Positions 17,669 to 28,041 are shown, counted from the first letter of the stretch. The stretch: 39,917 nt of DNA from Flavobacteriales bacterium (GCA_023250995.1 JAHEZO010000006.1:1-39917), one strand, 5' to 3'. A program made the numbers and translations. The notes: generated from the letters alone by a model not told the origin.

Positions 17669-18613
17669 TTATTCCCCTGATTTTTTTTTCTTTTTGGAAG
17701 TTTCTCTGATAAGGGAATAACTAAGTGACAATTGGGATGAATACCCTAAAACCGGATGCATGGATGCTGCAATGTCCATTTGAAAATTATGAAAAACCAC
17801 ACCTATCCCGAAATGGTTTACAAAGGGATTTGAGGATGTACCCGCTCTTAAATACAAAGATTCAATTACATGGTATTCCATACCGAATTTTACGATTGGT
17901 TTAAAATCAATGTCTTTTTCGGTTTCAATGCATAGGATAACTTTATCGGAAAATGAATATCCTGCTCCTGCCCTGAAAATGGTAGGAATTTTTTCGTTGT
18001 TGTAACTTGCCCCTTTTGCCCGGTTGATGTTAAATACATGCGCTCCGAGGGTAAGGTTTTTCGAAAGTTTGGCTTGCAATCCCGCTTCCCCGGCAATTAC
18101 ACCTTTGCTTCCGTAATTTTCAGCAATTTGAGTGCGCAAATAATCCAGTTGAATTCCGGCAGAAAAATTTTCTCCGAAGGTTCTTCCGTAGGCCAGCCCG
18201 TATTTGCTTTCGTTGTATTTTGAATATCCCAAAGAGGAAACATCCAACCCAAATACTCCGCTTTTGGTTGGAATAACGGCTATTCCCCCTTTTAACCCCA
18301 GGTTCGAAACAAAATATTTGCTTTCATAAAAAAGGCCTCCCGAAAAATTCTTTTGGTAGGCCAGTCCGGCCTGGTTATGATGAACGGCCCATGGGTCTGA
18401 AAGTGTAACAGAGGCATTTCCCATTCCCATTGACCGGGCTCCAATGGGGTAATTGTCAACGTAGGCGAAGGAAGAAGGAAGAAGAAAGAAAAAAGAAGAA
18501 ATAAAAAAGCCCCAAGCCCCAAGCCCCAAACTCCAAACCCCAAAGTGGTAGTTCTTTTGGGACTTGGGATTTTGGACTTTGAATTTGGAATTTATTTTTT
18601 TTTTATTCTTCAT
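17669..18613 (-). CDS. PorV/PorQ (FadL-like) outer-membrane beta-barrel protein
   Basis: PIGARSMGMGNA...HHNQAGLA N-terminal plug motif followed by amphipathic beta strands and HPVLGYS; long signal peptide ending SFA. Confidence 0.7.
   Translation of the reverse strand: MKNKKKINSKFKVQNPKSQKNYHFGVWSLGLGAWGFFISSFFFLLPSSFAYVDNYPIGARSMGMGNASVTLSDPWAVHHNQAGLAYQKNFSGGLFYESKYFVSNLGLKGGIAVIPTKSGVFGLDVSSLGYSKYNESKYGLAYGRTFGENFSAGIQLDYLRTQIAENYGSKGVIAGEAGLQAKLSKNLTLGAHVFNINRAKGASYNNEKIPTIFRAGAGYSFSDKVILCIETEKDIDFKPIVKFGMEYHVIESLYLRAGTSSNPFVNHFGIGVVFHNFQMDIAASMHPVLGYSSQLSLSYSLIRETSKKKKKSGE
18467..18594. repeat. Heptamer tandem-repeat array with inverted arms, inside signal-peptide coding region
   Basis: GAAGAAR-type units, GCCCCAA x3 ACTCCAA ACCCCAA, 11-nt spacer, then TTTTGGG ACTTGGG ATTTTGG ACTTTGA ATTTGGA. 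Confidence 0.8.
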
Positions 18614-18636
18614 TTTTTGTTCATTTTTCTTTTTTC

Positions 18637-19062
18637 TTAATGAAGCACTCCCAAACTATCCAGTTCACCGGGTGTAATGGAAGGAGGCATGATGTTATTT
18701 TTTATTTTAAAAGCTACAAACTCCCCGGTTTTTTTTGCAAAGTTTTCATTGCTGAAGCCTCTGTTTCCACTCACAGCGGGAATGTGGGGCTGGTGAACAT
18801 ATTGACTTTTGTTAATATAAACATCATATCCCCAGCCAAGGGAATCTTTAAAGGTTATTATTTCTACCGTGGCATCTTTATATGGATTTTCTTTTGGTTG
18901 GTTTCCCTGTATTTTTACCATTTCCTTATCAGCATCGTATCCAAAGCCGGGTTCATTGGCCGGATTTTGTTCCGTAGAATTTGCATTGGAATCCTCCACC
19001 GATTTTTCAGTGCAGGAAATTGCAAGAAAGAGTGGAATAATAAAAAGTAAAATAAATTTCAT
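18637..19062 (-). CDS. DUF4907 lipoprotein
   Basis: Lipobox-like LAISC; GWGYDVYIN...HQPHIPAVSGNRGF...PPSIT..ELDSLG. Confidence 0.85.
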   Translation of the reverse strand: MKFILLFIIPLFLAISCTEKSVEDSNANSTEQNPANEPGFGYDADKEMVKIQGNQPKENPYKDATVEIITFKDSLGWGYDVYINKSQYVHQPHIPAVSGNRGFSNENFAKKTGEFVAFKIKNNIMPPSITPGELDSLGVLH

Positions 19063-19083
19063 AAAAATGTTTTTTACAAAACT

Positions 19084-19124
19084 AAAAAAATAAACCCTTT
19101 GAATTAATTGATTTTTTCAAAGGG
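19084..19124 (-). terminator. Intrinsic terminator of the T9SS adhesin gene
   Basis: CCCTTTGAA (19095-19103) / TTCAAAGGG (19116-19124) stem followed by a U-rich tract on the minus strand; TAGTTTTG -7 box for the DUF4907 gene at 19077-19084 abuts it. Confidence 0.7.
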
Positions 19125-19147
19125 CTTTGAATTAAAATTAATGGCCG

Positions 19148-22100
19148 TTATCTCTGCAAAATAATTTTAAGGGGAAGTGAAATCCCCTCTTCCCTTAGAA
19201 CCTGCAAAAAATAAATTCCATTTCTGTTGCTGCCAATATCAACCTCCGATTTTTTATTCAAAATATCCGCTTCATATATTGTTTCCCCAAGAATATTTAT
19301 TACCCGCAACCTGCCATTCCCGGCTTTATATCCGTCATCCACTTGAACAATAAATTTCCCTTTGTTTGGATTTGGGAAAATCCTGTAATAATGATTTTGC
19401 GAATTTTCGGTTATTCCTATCTGGGTTGCAATGGTAATTGAAATAATTACAGAATCTCCTTCTGAATCTGTAATGGTACAATTATAAATTCCTGCACATA
19501 GGCCGCTGGCAGTTCCGGTGGTTTGACTGTTCAGATCATCCCATAGGAAAGAATAGGGTGCAATTCCACCTGTTGCGGTAATTGTTGCTGATCCGTCACA
19601 ATTACCCTGGGTGGCAGGAGTATTTGTTTCACTCGCATTAAGATCAACGGGTGTGGGTGCAAGCGGACTGGTTTTGTTTGACCGTGAAGAATTATGATTT
19701 TCTGATGACTTTGTAGCACTGCAACCTATTGGATGTTTTACTTCAACAAAATATCTTAAACCAAAAGGAGTGATGGTATCAAAATCAGTATAAGAGCTGA
19801 GGTTGCTCTGAAGAGAATCAATCAAGACCCATCCGGTAGCGGGTTTGTATCTCGAAATGTAATAAGTGGGGAAATAAAATCCCTGGTAATGATCCCAAAT
19901 AAGGTTAATGGTATTTCCGATTCCCTGATTAATGGTAAGATGAATGGTTTTATGTTCGGCACTCATGGGAGATTCGTTGCCACAGGAATCCAGCACAGAT
20001 AATTTATATCTCCAGGAATGTTGCATGGGGTTTGCAACCGGATCAACATACAAACTAAGTGAATCAAAAGGAACGGTTCCTGCCAGTTGATAAACTCCCG
20101 CCTGGGTTGATTCTTTGTAAACTTTGTAAGAAGAAATTCCTAACCCGAAATATTTTTGCCAAACAATTTTATTTGTCCCTAAGGCTGAATCAACGGTAAT
20201 AAGGCAAATCTCGGGAGCACCCGGCAGTTGCTGCAATATTTCGGCAGTCAGTGCGCCCTTGCATCCGTTTGCATCAGTCACAAGCAAATTATAAGTTCCT
20301 CCTCCAACCCCCACAAGATCTTCAGAAGTAAGCCCATTCGACCAGCTGTATAAATAGGGGGATGTTCCGAGACTAACCGAAACAAAAACGGACCCGTTTC
20401 CACCACAACCCGGGTTAATGATTGAATCAACCGTTACAGTTGGCCCTCCAATTTCCGCAATGGCCGCAGTGGCGGAAACATCGCAACCTTTAATATCAGT
20501 AACGGTAACCGAATATATTCCTGAGGCAAGTGCACTCAAAGATGAAGAAGTAGCTCCATTGCTCCACAAATAGGAATAAGGAGAAGTACCGCCAAGGGTG
20601 TTAATGATGGTACTCCCGTCAAAACTACCGCAGGTGGCATCGTTGGAAGTTACTGTAACCTCCATGGAAGGGGGCTCAACAACAGATAAGCTTTTTGTTG
20701 TCAAACATCCATTTGCATCCGAAACACTCACCTCATAAGGCCCAGCGGTTAGATTTGATAAATCCTGGGTTGTATAACCATTCGACCAGGAATAAATGTA
20801 GGGAGTATTACCCCCGGTAACATTTATATTTATAGCTCCTGAGTTTTCGCCATAACAATTTATTTGCGTAATTGAATTTACGGTTACCGTGGCACCACCT
20901 GTATCGCTAATGGTTGCAGCGGTAAAATTAGAACATCCTGAATTATCAAAAACAGTTACCGCATAAATCCCGGCACTTAAACTATCTGCTGATGCAAGGG
21001 TATCTCCGCTGCTCCACTGGTAATTGTATGGGGGATTTCCTCCCCCGGCACTAATCATGGCCGACCCATTGTTTACTCCACAGGAAGAACTAACGGTTGA
21101 TACAATCATTGAAATAGAATTGGGTTGACCAATAACTATACTGTCGGTTTTTGCACAACCTGAGGAATCAACTACCGTAACAAAATATGTTGCAGGACAC
21201 AGACCTCCTACGGCATCCCCATAATTCCCATCGCTCCAGTAAAAAGAATAGGGAGGAATTCCTCCGGTTGCGGTGGCCATTGCTGTTCCATCACAAGAAC
21301 CATTACAAAGCACATCTGTTTTCGAAAAGGAAACTGAAGTGGTGGATGGTGCAGTAATAAAATGTGATTTATATTTTGAGCAGCCATTTGCATCGGTTAC
21401 AGTAAGAGAATAATTTCCGGGGGATAAATTTCCAAGGTTTTGGGTGGTATCTCCGGTGGACCAATAAAAATCATAAGGCGAAACTCCTCCATTTACAAAA
21501 GCGTCAATATTTCCATCGGCATTTCCACAACCCGAGGCATCATAGCCGGCTAGGGATAAATTCATTGATGGAGGCTGATTAATTTGAACCGTTCCGCTGA
21601 TGGCACAACCGGTGTTATCAGTAACTGTACCCGAAAAAGTTCCTGAGGAAAGACCGGTAATTGTCTGGGAATTCTGTCCGTTACTCCAAAGGTAAACAAA
21701 TGGAGGGGTTCCACCGGAGGGAGTAATCGTAGCAGTTCCATTATTTGTTCCGCTGCAATTTATGTTTGTGGAATTAAAACTGGCCGTAAGACCGGATGTA
21801 GTTCCTACATTTACTGTTCCCACTTTTTTGCAGCCCTTATTATCGGTAACGGTAAGAAAATAATTTCCCCCGGCAAGCGAATTGGCCGAGGCACCCGTGG
21901 GTCCCCCCGGAGCTGACCATAAATATGAATAAGGCCCCGTTCCTCCAGAAACTGTAGCGGTTGCGCTTCCGGTGGCACTTCCGCAACCTGCAGGAACTAC
22001 ACTGAAAGATATTATTATTGCTGAAGGACTGATTAGGGTAATATTTCCGGTAGTTCCGCAACCGTTCACATCATTAACTGTTAAGTTGTAGGTACCTGCA

Positions 22101-24805
22101 GTAAGATCGGTAATTGCTCCTGAATTGGAGCCGTTACTCCATAGGTAATTGTAAGAAGGAATCCCTCCTGAAACAGAAACGCTTGCCGTTCCGTCATTCC
22201 CTCCATAACAATTAACATCTGTTTTAAAAAAACTTAAACTTACAGGAGGGGATTGAGAAATGTTAGCACTGGAAACAAGGTTACAACCGTTTGCATCGGT
22301 TACGGTAACAGTATAGATATTGGCACAAAGATTTTGAATGTTTTTCAAAGTATCTCCATTGGACCATTTATAAGTATAGGGGGAAACTCCTCCACTACCA
22401 GTTACGCTTGCATTCCCATTGCAGATACTGTTGCAGCCATTGGTCTTGGAAATAATAACTGAGATGGCAGAATCGGGTTCCGAAATTGTTGCCACATTCG
22501 TAAATGATTCCGAACATCCATTTGAATCAAATACTGAAATGGAATCTGAATATGTTCCGGCACAAAGTCCGGTAATGGATGCAGTAGTGTTCCCGTTATT
22601 CCATAAAAAGGTATAAGGTGACTTTCCTCCATTGGCTGAAACACCCACCGAACCATTGCATTGGCCCGAGCAGGAAATATTTGAAGAAGAAAACTGGGCA
22701 CTAATAATTGTTGCGTCATCAATTGTTAATGCTGTTGAAGAACTGCAGAAATTACCATCTGTGATAGTAACTGAATATGTTCCCGGACATAAGCCAGTTA
22801 CTGCGGAAGAAGTTTTTCCAGTGCTCCAAAAAAAGGTGTAAGGAGATAAACCCCCGCTAACAGTAACAGAAGCCGAACCATCACAAATTCCAAAACAAGA
22901 AACCGGATTGGAAGATGAGGTTACGGTAATTAAATCAGGTTGGCTAATATTAATACTGTCTGAAATGGTGCAACCATTGGCATCGGTTGCGGTTACAGTT
23001 GGTGTTCCTGCACATAATCCGGTTGCACTCTGGGATGAAGAATAATTTCCGGCTTCATTCCATTGATACGATGAATAGGGTGTGGTACCGCCTGAAACAG
23101 TTACTTGTGCAGATCCGCTGCAAATTCCATTGCATAATAAATCCGTTTTTGAGGTTGATGAGGATAGTTGGCCCGGCACGGCAATAGTAACCGAATCCAC
23201 CATCGAGCAGTTATTCGCATCAGAAAATGTAATTTTATATGTTCCCCCCGATAATCCGCTTAGGCTTGCACCGGAATTTCCGTTTGACCAAAGATAAGAA
23301 TAGGGTTGGGTTCCGCCAGAAAATTCCGGGTTGAGGGATCCATTATTTCCTCCGAAACAGGATACATTGGTTTGGTTAAAAGAAGATATTACAAGAGCTG
23401 TTGGCTCACTGATGGAATCAACAAGAAATAAATTACATCCATTGACATCAGTTACGGTGAGAGATAAATTGGATGAGCAAAGTGAATTTATTGATGAAGC
23501 GGTGGAGGTATTTGACCACAAATAGGAATAGGGTGAAGTTCCTCCCGATAAAGAATTAACAGAGGCATTTCCGTTACAAAGGCCATTGCATGTGGCATTG
23601 GCAACCGAAATACCAGCCGATAATGAAGGAGGTTCATTGATGTTTGAACCTGCAACTACAATACAATTTTTACTGTCGGTAACGGTAACATAATAATTAC
23701 CCGGACAAAGTCCCGAAGCAGTGGAACCGGTTTGTGAATTTCCATCACTCCAAATATAGGTGTAAGGGTTTGTGCCTCCGTTAGCTGTGGCAACAGCATT
23801 TCCATTGCAATCCCCAAAACATAAAACTGAAGCATCCGGTACTATTGCAGTTAATTCAAAAGGTTCGGTGAGGGTGATGCTTTTTGAAGCGGAACACCCG
23901 GATCCGTCAGTAACCACAACGGCATAAGTTCCGGCCGTTAATCCCGAGGCGGTTTGAGTTGCCTGTGCATTAATATCATCCCAAAGGAAATTAAAAGGAG
24001 AAGTTCCCCCGGAAACGTTAGCGGTTGCACTTCCGTTTGATCCTCCAAAGCAGGAAACATTTATTGCTGAAGATATGGTTAAGGCTGGAGCTCCTGCATC
24101 ACTCACTGTGGCCGAAGCAGTCTTTGTGCAATTATTTGCATCGGTAACAGTAACGGTATAAGCTCCGGAGGGAATTCCGCTGATTCCGGCTCCTGTCATT
24201 CCATTAGACCATGAATAAGAATAGGGGATAGTCCCGCCTGAAGCAGTGGCGGTAGCGGTACCATCTGAATTTCCACAGGTAGCAATCGTTGAAGTGCATG
24301 ATGCTGTAAGAGCAGTTGGTTCGCTAATAATTATTGTTCCGTTGCTTGTGCATCCGTTGGCATCTGTTACCGTGCCTGAGTATGAACCTGCACACAAACC
24401 GGTAATGGCGGGAGTGGTTTTTCCATCTGCCCATAAATAATTATAAGGAGAGGTCCCTCCGCTGGCAGCTACAGTTATAGAGCCATTGCAATTCCCAAAG
24501 CAATTAACATTTTCTTTAGTTACAAGTGATAATGTTAAATCCGTTGGTTGAGAAATGCTAACGCCTGAGGTAGTTAAACAACCATTGGCATCAGAAATAG
24601 TAGCCGAAAAAGTTCCTGGGCAAAGACCGGTAATGGCGGAATTTGTTTTTCCGTTTGACCAATTATAGCTATAGGGGGATGTGCCGCCATTTACTGTTAC
24701 CAATGCAGAACCATTGCAAAGTCCGTTGCAGCTAATATTTATTTTAGAACCTGCGGAAGTTAGCAAAGTGGGTTGAGTGACGGTGGCACTCCCGGTTTTG
24801 TACAT
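19148..24805 (-). CDS. C-terminal two-thirds of a giant T9SS adhesin: 21 SprB repeats, FN3-like domains, type-A CTD
   Basis: ~75-aa repeats C..G..GS....GGT.PY.Y.WS.G......L..G.Y.VTVTD.NGC; ends IFPNPNKGKF...INILGE...NGIYFLQV...KIILQR. No signal peptide; begins mid-repeat. Confidence 0.9.
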   Translation of the reverse strand: MYKTGSATVTQPTLLTSAGSKINISCNGLCNGSALVTVNGGTSPYSYNWSNGKTNSAITGLCPGTFSATISDANGCLTTSGVSISQPTDLTLSLVTKENVNCFGNCNGSITVAASGGTSPYNYLWADGKTTPAITGLCAGSYSGTVTDANGCTSNGTIIISEPTALTASCTSTIATCGNSDGTATATASGGTIPYSYSWSNGMTGAGISGIPSGAYTVTVTDANNCTKTASATVSDAGAPALTISSAINVSCFGGSNGSATANVSGGTSPFNFLWDDINAQATQTASGLTAGTYAVVVTDGSGCSASKSITLTEPFELTAIVPDASVLCFGDCNGNAVATANGGTNPYTYIWSDGNSQTGSTASGLCPGNYYVTVTDSKNCIVVAGSNINEPPSLSAGISVANATCNGLCNGNASVNSLSGGTSPYSYLWSNTSTASSINSLCSSNLSLTVTDVNGCNLFLVDSISEPTALVISSFNQTNVSCFGGNNGSLNPEFSGGTQPYSYLWSNGNSGASLSGLSGGTYKITFSDANNCSMVDSVTIAVPGQLSSSTSKTDLLCNGICSGSAQVTVSGGTTPYSSYQWNEAGNYSSSQSATGLCAGTPTVTATDANGCTISDSINISQPDLITVTSSSNPVSCFGICDGSASVTVSGGLSPYTFFWSTGKTSSAVTGLCPGTYSVTITDGNFCSSSTALTIDDATIISAQFSSSNISCSGQCNGSVGVSANGGKSPYTFLWNNGNTTASITGLCAGTYSDSISVFDSNGCSESFTNVATISEPDSAISVIISKTNGCNSICNGNASVTGSGGVSPYTYKWSNGDTLKNIQNLCANIYTVTVTDANGCNLVSSANISQSPPVSLSFFKTDVNCYGGNDGTASVSVSGGIPSYNYLWSNGSNSGAITDLTAGTYNLTVNDVNGCGTTGNITLISPSAIIISFSVVPAGCGSATGSATATVSGGTGPYSYLWSAPGGPTGASANSLAGGNYFLTVTDNKGCKKVGTVNVGTTSGLTASFNSTNINCSGTNNGTATITPSGGTPPFVYLWSNGQNSQTITGLSSGTFSGTVTDNTGCAISGTVQINQPPSMNLSLAGYDASGCGNADGNIDAFVNGGVSPYDFYWSTGDTTQNLGNLSPGNYSLTVTDANGCSKYKSHFITAPSTTSVSFSKTDVLCNGSCDGTAMATATGGIPPYSFYWSDGNYGDAVGGLCPATYFVTVVDSSGCAKTDSIVIGQPNSISMIVSTVSSSCGVNNGSAMISAGGGNPPYNYQWSSGDTLASADSLSAGIYAVTVFDNSGCSNFTAATISDTGGATVTVNSITQINCYGENSGAININVTGGNTPYIYSWSNGYTTQDLSNLTAGPYEVSVSDANGCLTTKSLSVVEPPSMEVTVTSNDATCGSFDGSTIINTLGGTSPYSYLWSNGATSSSLSALASGIYSVTVTDIKGCDVSATAAIAEIGGPTVTVDSIINPGCGGNGSVFVSVSLGTSPYLYSWSNGLTSEDLVGVGGGTYNLLVTDANGCKGALTAEILQQLPGAPEICLITVDSALGTNKIVWQKYFGLGISSYKVYKESTQAGVYQLAGTVPFDSLSLYVDPVANPMQHSWRYKLSVLDSCGNESPMSAEHKTIHLTINQGIGNTINLIWDHYQGFYFPTYYISRYKPATGWVLIDSLQSNLSSYTDFDTITPFGLRYFVEVKHPIGCSATKSSENHNSSRSNKTSPLAPTPVDLNASETNTPATQGNCDGSATITATGGIAPYSFLWDDLNSQTTGTASGLCAGIYNCTITDSEGDSVIISITIATQIGITENSQNHYYRIFPNPNKGKFIVQVDDGYKAGNGRLRVINILGETIYEADILNKKSEVDIGSNRNGIYFLQVLREEGISLPLKIILQR

Positions 24806-27800
24806 CCCAAATTATCGGTAATTGTAAGTGAGTAGGTATTTGGGCATAGGGAACCAACAGAAGCCGTGTTTGCTCCGGTTGACCAAAGATAGGTGTAAGG
24901 GGGAACCCCACCCGTGGGATTGGTTGCCGAGATGTTTCCGTTGCAGGCTCCGTTACAGGTTACATTATTTTTAATAACTGTGATGCCGATGTCAGAATTT
25001 TGTGTAACAGTAAATGATTTTGTTTGGGTACAATTATTATCATCAGTAACCGTAACAGAATAAGTTCCTGCTGCAACATTGCTCAGGTTTGAAGTGGTGG
25101 CCCCGTTTGACCAAAGGCTGGAATAAGCGGGAACCCCTCCGGTAGAATTAATAGTTACTGCCCCTGTACTTGCTCCAAAACAATTAATATTATTTCCCGA
25201 GCCCGTAATAGTAATCGAATCGGGTTGTGAAATTACGGCAGTAGAAGCCCCGGTGGTGTTTCCTCTGCATCCAAGAGAATCGGTTACTGTTACATTATAG
25301 TTTCCAATGGATAACCCTGTTGCAGGATTGGATGTTTGGCCGTTGCTCCAGCTGAATTTATAAGGGGGAGTTCCGTTGGCAATAATATCCGTGGCTGTTC
25401 CTGTGCTTCCTCCAAAACATAGAACATCGGTGGTAGTAGTGGATAAAGAAAGAGTTTTCAGGAGGTTTTGGTTTTTATATATTGAAAGTCCAACAATATT
25501 TGAGTTATTGGTAAAAATAAAATCCGGTTTGCCATTACCGTTCAAATCAGTTAGCACTACATCCTGCAATGCGGAGAGCGCGGGATATGTTACTTTGGGA
25601 GCAAAAGAAAATCCTCCGTTATTTTTTATTATTGAAGGAGTGGTATTATTGCTGAATCCAACCGAAATATCAGGCAAATTATCACCGTTAATATCGGCAA
25701 TTGAAATTCTTCTCGGTGCTGCCGTTATGGAGTAGTTTTGTGCAAGAATAAGATTTATGGAACCAATGCTGCTGGTATTTTTAAAAAGGGCAAGCTTGTC
25801 CCCGGTATTAACCGGAACAATCACATCCAGTTTTCCATCAAGATCCAGATCGCTTAAATCAATATCAAGGGAATTTGTTCCCCCGCCAGTTATAGGAAAA
25901 GAAAAAAGGGAAGAAGAAAAATTATCTACCGAGCAATTATTTTTTAAAATATAAAGGGTGGATGTGGCGGTTCCCAAAGCAAGGTCAGGTTTATTATCAC
26001 CGTCAAGATCTCCGGCCGCAATCCGGTAAATCAATTGCGAAATGCTCCAAAAAGTTTTTTGAACAAAAGAAAACTGGCCCACCTTACCCGTGTTCCGAAG
26101 GATAAAAACATTATTGTTTGAAGCCACAACCACGTCTGCTTTCCCATCCATATCCATATCGGTAATTACAGGGGCGTATAACCCGGTAAAAGTAAAGGTG
26201 GAAACAAGAGTAAATGAAATGTTGCCGATAAACGAAGAATTTTTATAAATCAAAAGTTTATTGCTGTTTTGACATGCGATGACCAAATCAGGTTTCCCAT
26301 CCCCGTCAATATCTCCAGCGGCAACATACTGGGGATTTGTGTTTGGACTAATGCTTAAATTAAAAGAGGTTAAAAAGGAAATAGTATCACCGCTGCTTGT
26401 GTTCCGAAAAATCATTACTGTATTTCCGTTTCCATTATTGGTTATTGCCAGATCGGTTTTTCCATCTCCGTCAAAGTCGGCTGAACCAATATCATAAGAC
26501 CCATTTTGACTCGATATATCCAATTTGGATCCGAAAGTAGAAGTGGTAATGGCTGGATCGGCACAATAAAACCGGGGAGTAAAAATTAACGAAGAATAAA
26601 CTGTTTGTGCACAATTATTTGTAACGCTGATTATTTGGTTTGCTGCTCCCGGGGGTACAACAACTTTTAAAAGGGTATCATTACCTGAAATTGAAGTGGC
26701 TAAAACTCTTCCGAAATTTACAAAATCCATCGAGGGGCTGGAACCGAAATTTGTCCCGGTTATTGTGAGGGTATCTCCCGGATAGGCATTCAGTGGTGAA
26801 AAAGAATTAATTGTTGGAACAGCAGGTGCTCCAATAAAAATTGTTGCACTTACCACACAACCATTATCATCTGTTACATTTGCGGTGTGGTTTCCGTTAT
26901 ATAAGCCCGAAACTGTGGGCGTGTTTCCACCCGATGACCAGCTGTAAGAATAGGCTGTTGTCCCTCCGGTTGGAGTGATTGAAGCGGTCCCGTCATTCAT
27001 TCCGCATGTGGAATTGGTTTTAGAAGTGGTGGCCGAAAATGTTCCGCAACGGTCGTATTCAAAAAAATCGGCTTTGTAAACGCCAGAGGCATCATAACCG
27101 GTACCCACATAACCTTTAGTACCAATAAAAAATCCTTTTGCACCATACCTGGCAGAACCTCCGAAATCCGCCTTTTGAAACCAGGAATCTTTTGAGGGGC
27201 TGTATTCCCAAAAATCATTTTTATATGATCCGTTGTATCCTCCTCCAATATAACCTTTAGAGTTTGAGGCAAACCCAAATGCCAAATACCTTGTTGATCC
27301 CCCGAATGCCGCCTTTTGTGCCCAGGTGTTCGCGGTGGTATCAAATTCCCAGAAATCGTTAAGATAACCAGTATCATAACCCGTTCCCAGGTATCCTTTG
27401 GATCCAATGGAAAAACCTACCCCGTACCTTCTTGCCGTACCTGCAAAATTGGCTTTGGCAACCCATGCATTGGTAAGTGAATTATATTCCCAAAAATCGG
27501 TGAGATTCGCTGATCCGGTATAACCCGTTCCCAAATATCCTTTGGTGCCTATTGAAAAGGCGACCGCGGCATATCTACCAACTCCTCCGAAATTTGCTTT
27601 GGCGGTCCAGGTGTTGAGCGAAGGATCGAATTCCCAAAAATCAACCGGGTAGGTAGGTGAAGTTGATGCAAGTCCGGTTCCAACATAACCTTTTGCTCCA
27701 ATGGCAAAACCAACGGCATGCTGGCGGGCAGTACCCCCGAAATCAGCTTTCTGAGTCCATACATTTGTGCCGGGGTCAAATTCCCAAAAATCTTTTTTAT

Positions 27801-28041
27801 ATGTTCCATCCGTACCGGTACCCAAATAACCTTTTGTTCCAATTGAAAATGCCACGCCAAATCTTCTGGCCCCTCCTCCGAAATCGGCTTTTGGGGTCCA
27901 GGTTCCTTGGGCGTGGCAATAGTTGGTAACTAACCCTGTTACTAAAAGAAAAAGTAAAAAAGGGCGAACCTGTCCTACGTAGGATTTCAGGTTTTGAGTT
28001 GCAAAAGGGGCAACCGAAAGAATGGGGTTGAGATTTTTCAT
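24760..28041 (-). CDS. N-terminal third of the same adhesin: signal peptide, 6 Kelch repeats, SprB repeat, IPT/TIG, 7 FG-GAP/VCBS repeats, 3 SprB repeats
   Basis: Six W..KA.F.G..R...F.IG.KGY.GTG units; PTINSFSP...GDTLTITGTNF; seven D.DGDG..D motifs; frame lost at GCTK. Confidence 0.9.
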   Translation of the reverse strand: MKNLNPILSVAPFATQNLKSYVGQVRPFLLFLLVTGLVTNYCHAQGTWTPKADFGGGARRFGVAFSIGTKGYLGTGTDGTYKKDFWEFDPGTNVWTQKADFGGTARQHAVGFAIGAKGYVGTGLASTSPTYPVDFWEFDPSLNTWTAKANFGGVGRYAAVAFSIGTKGYLGTGYTGSANLTDFWEYNSLTNAWVAKANFAGTARRYGVGFSIGSKGYLGTGYDTGYLNDFWEFDTTANTWAQKAAFGGSTRYLAFGFASNSKGYIGGGYNGSYKNDFWEYSPSKDSWFQKADFGGSARYGAKGFFIGTKGYVGTGYDASGVYKADFFEYDRCGTFSATTSKTNSTCGMNDGTASITPTGGTTAYSYSWSSGGNTPTVSGLYNGNHTANVTDDNGCVVSATIFIGAPAVPTINSFSPLNAYPGDTLTITGTNFGSSPSMDFVNFGRVLATSISGNDTLLKVVVPPGAANQIISVTNNCAQTVYSSLIFTPRFYCADPAITTSTFGSKLDISSQNGSYDIGSADFDGDGKTDLAITNNGNGNTVMIFRNTSSGDTISFLTSFNLSISPNTNPQYVAAGDIDGDGKPDLVIACQNSNKLLIYKNSSFIGNISFTLVSTFTFTGLYAPVITDMDMDGKADVVVASNNNVFILRNTGKVGQFSFVQKTFWSISQLIYRIAAGDLDGDNKPDLALGTATSTLYILKNNCSVDNFSSSLFSFPITGGGTNSLDIDLSDLDLDGKLDVIVPVNTGDKLALFKNTSSIGSINLILAQNYSITAAPRRISIADINGDNLPDISVGFSNNTTPSIIKNNGGFSFAPKVTYPALSALQDVVLTDLNGNGKPDFIFTNNSNIVGLSIYKNQNLLKTLSLSTTTTDVLCFGGSTGTATDIIANGTPPYKFSWSNGQTSNPATGLSIGNYNVTVTDSLGCRGNTTGASTAVISQPDSITITGSGNNINCFGASTGAVTINSTGGVPAYSSLWSNGATTSNLSNVAAGTYSVTVTDDNNCTQTKSFTVTQNSDIGITVIKNNVTCNGACNGNISATNPTGGVPPYTYLWSTGANTASVGSLCPNTYSLTITDNLGCTKPGVPPSLNPLC

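Noticed and set aside
24790-24805. Programmed ribosomal frameshift
   Set aside because: No X XXY YYZ slippery heptamer or clear downstream structure; a simple indel is more parsimonious.
19148-27900. CRISPR-like or DNA-level repeat array
   Set aside because: Periodicity comes from diverged protein repeats; no identical 23-50-nt repeats with spacers and no cas genes.
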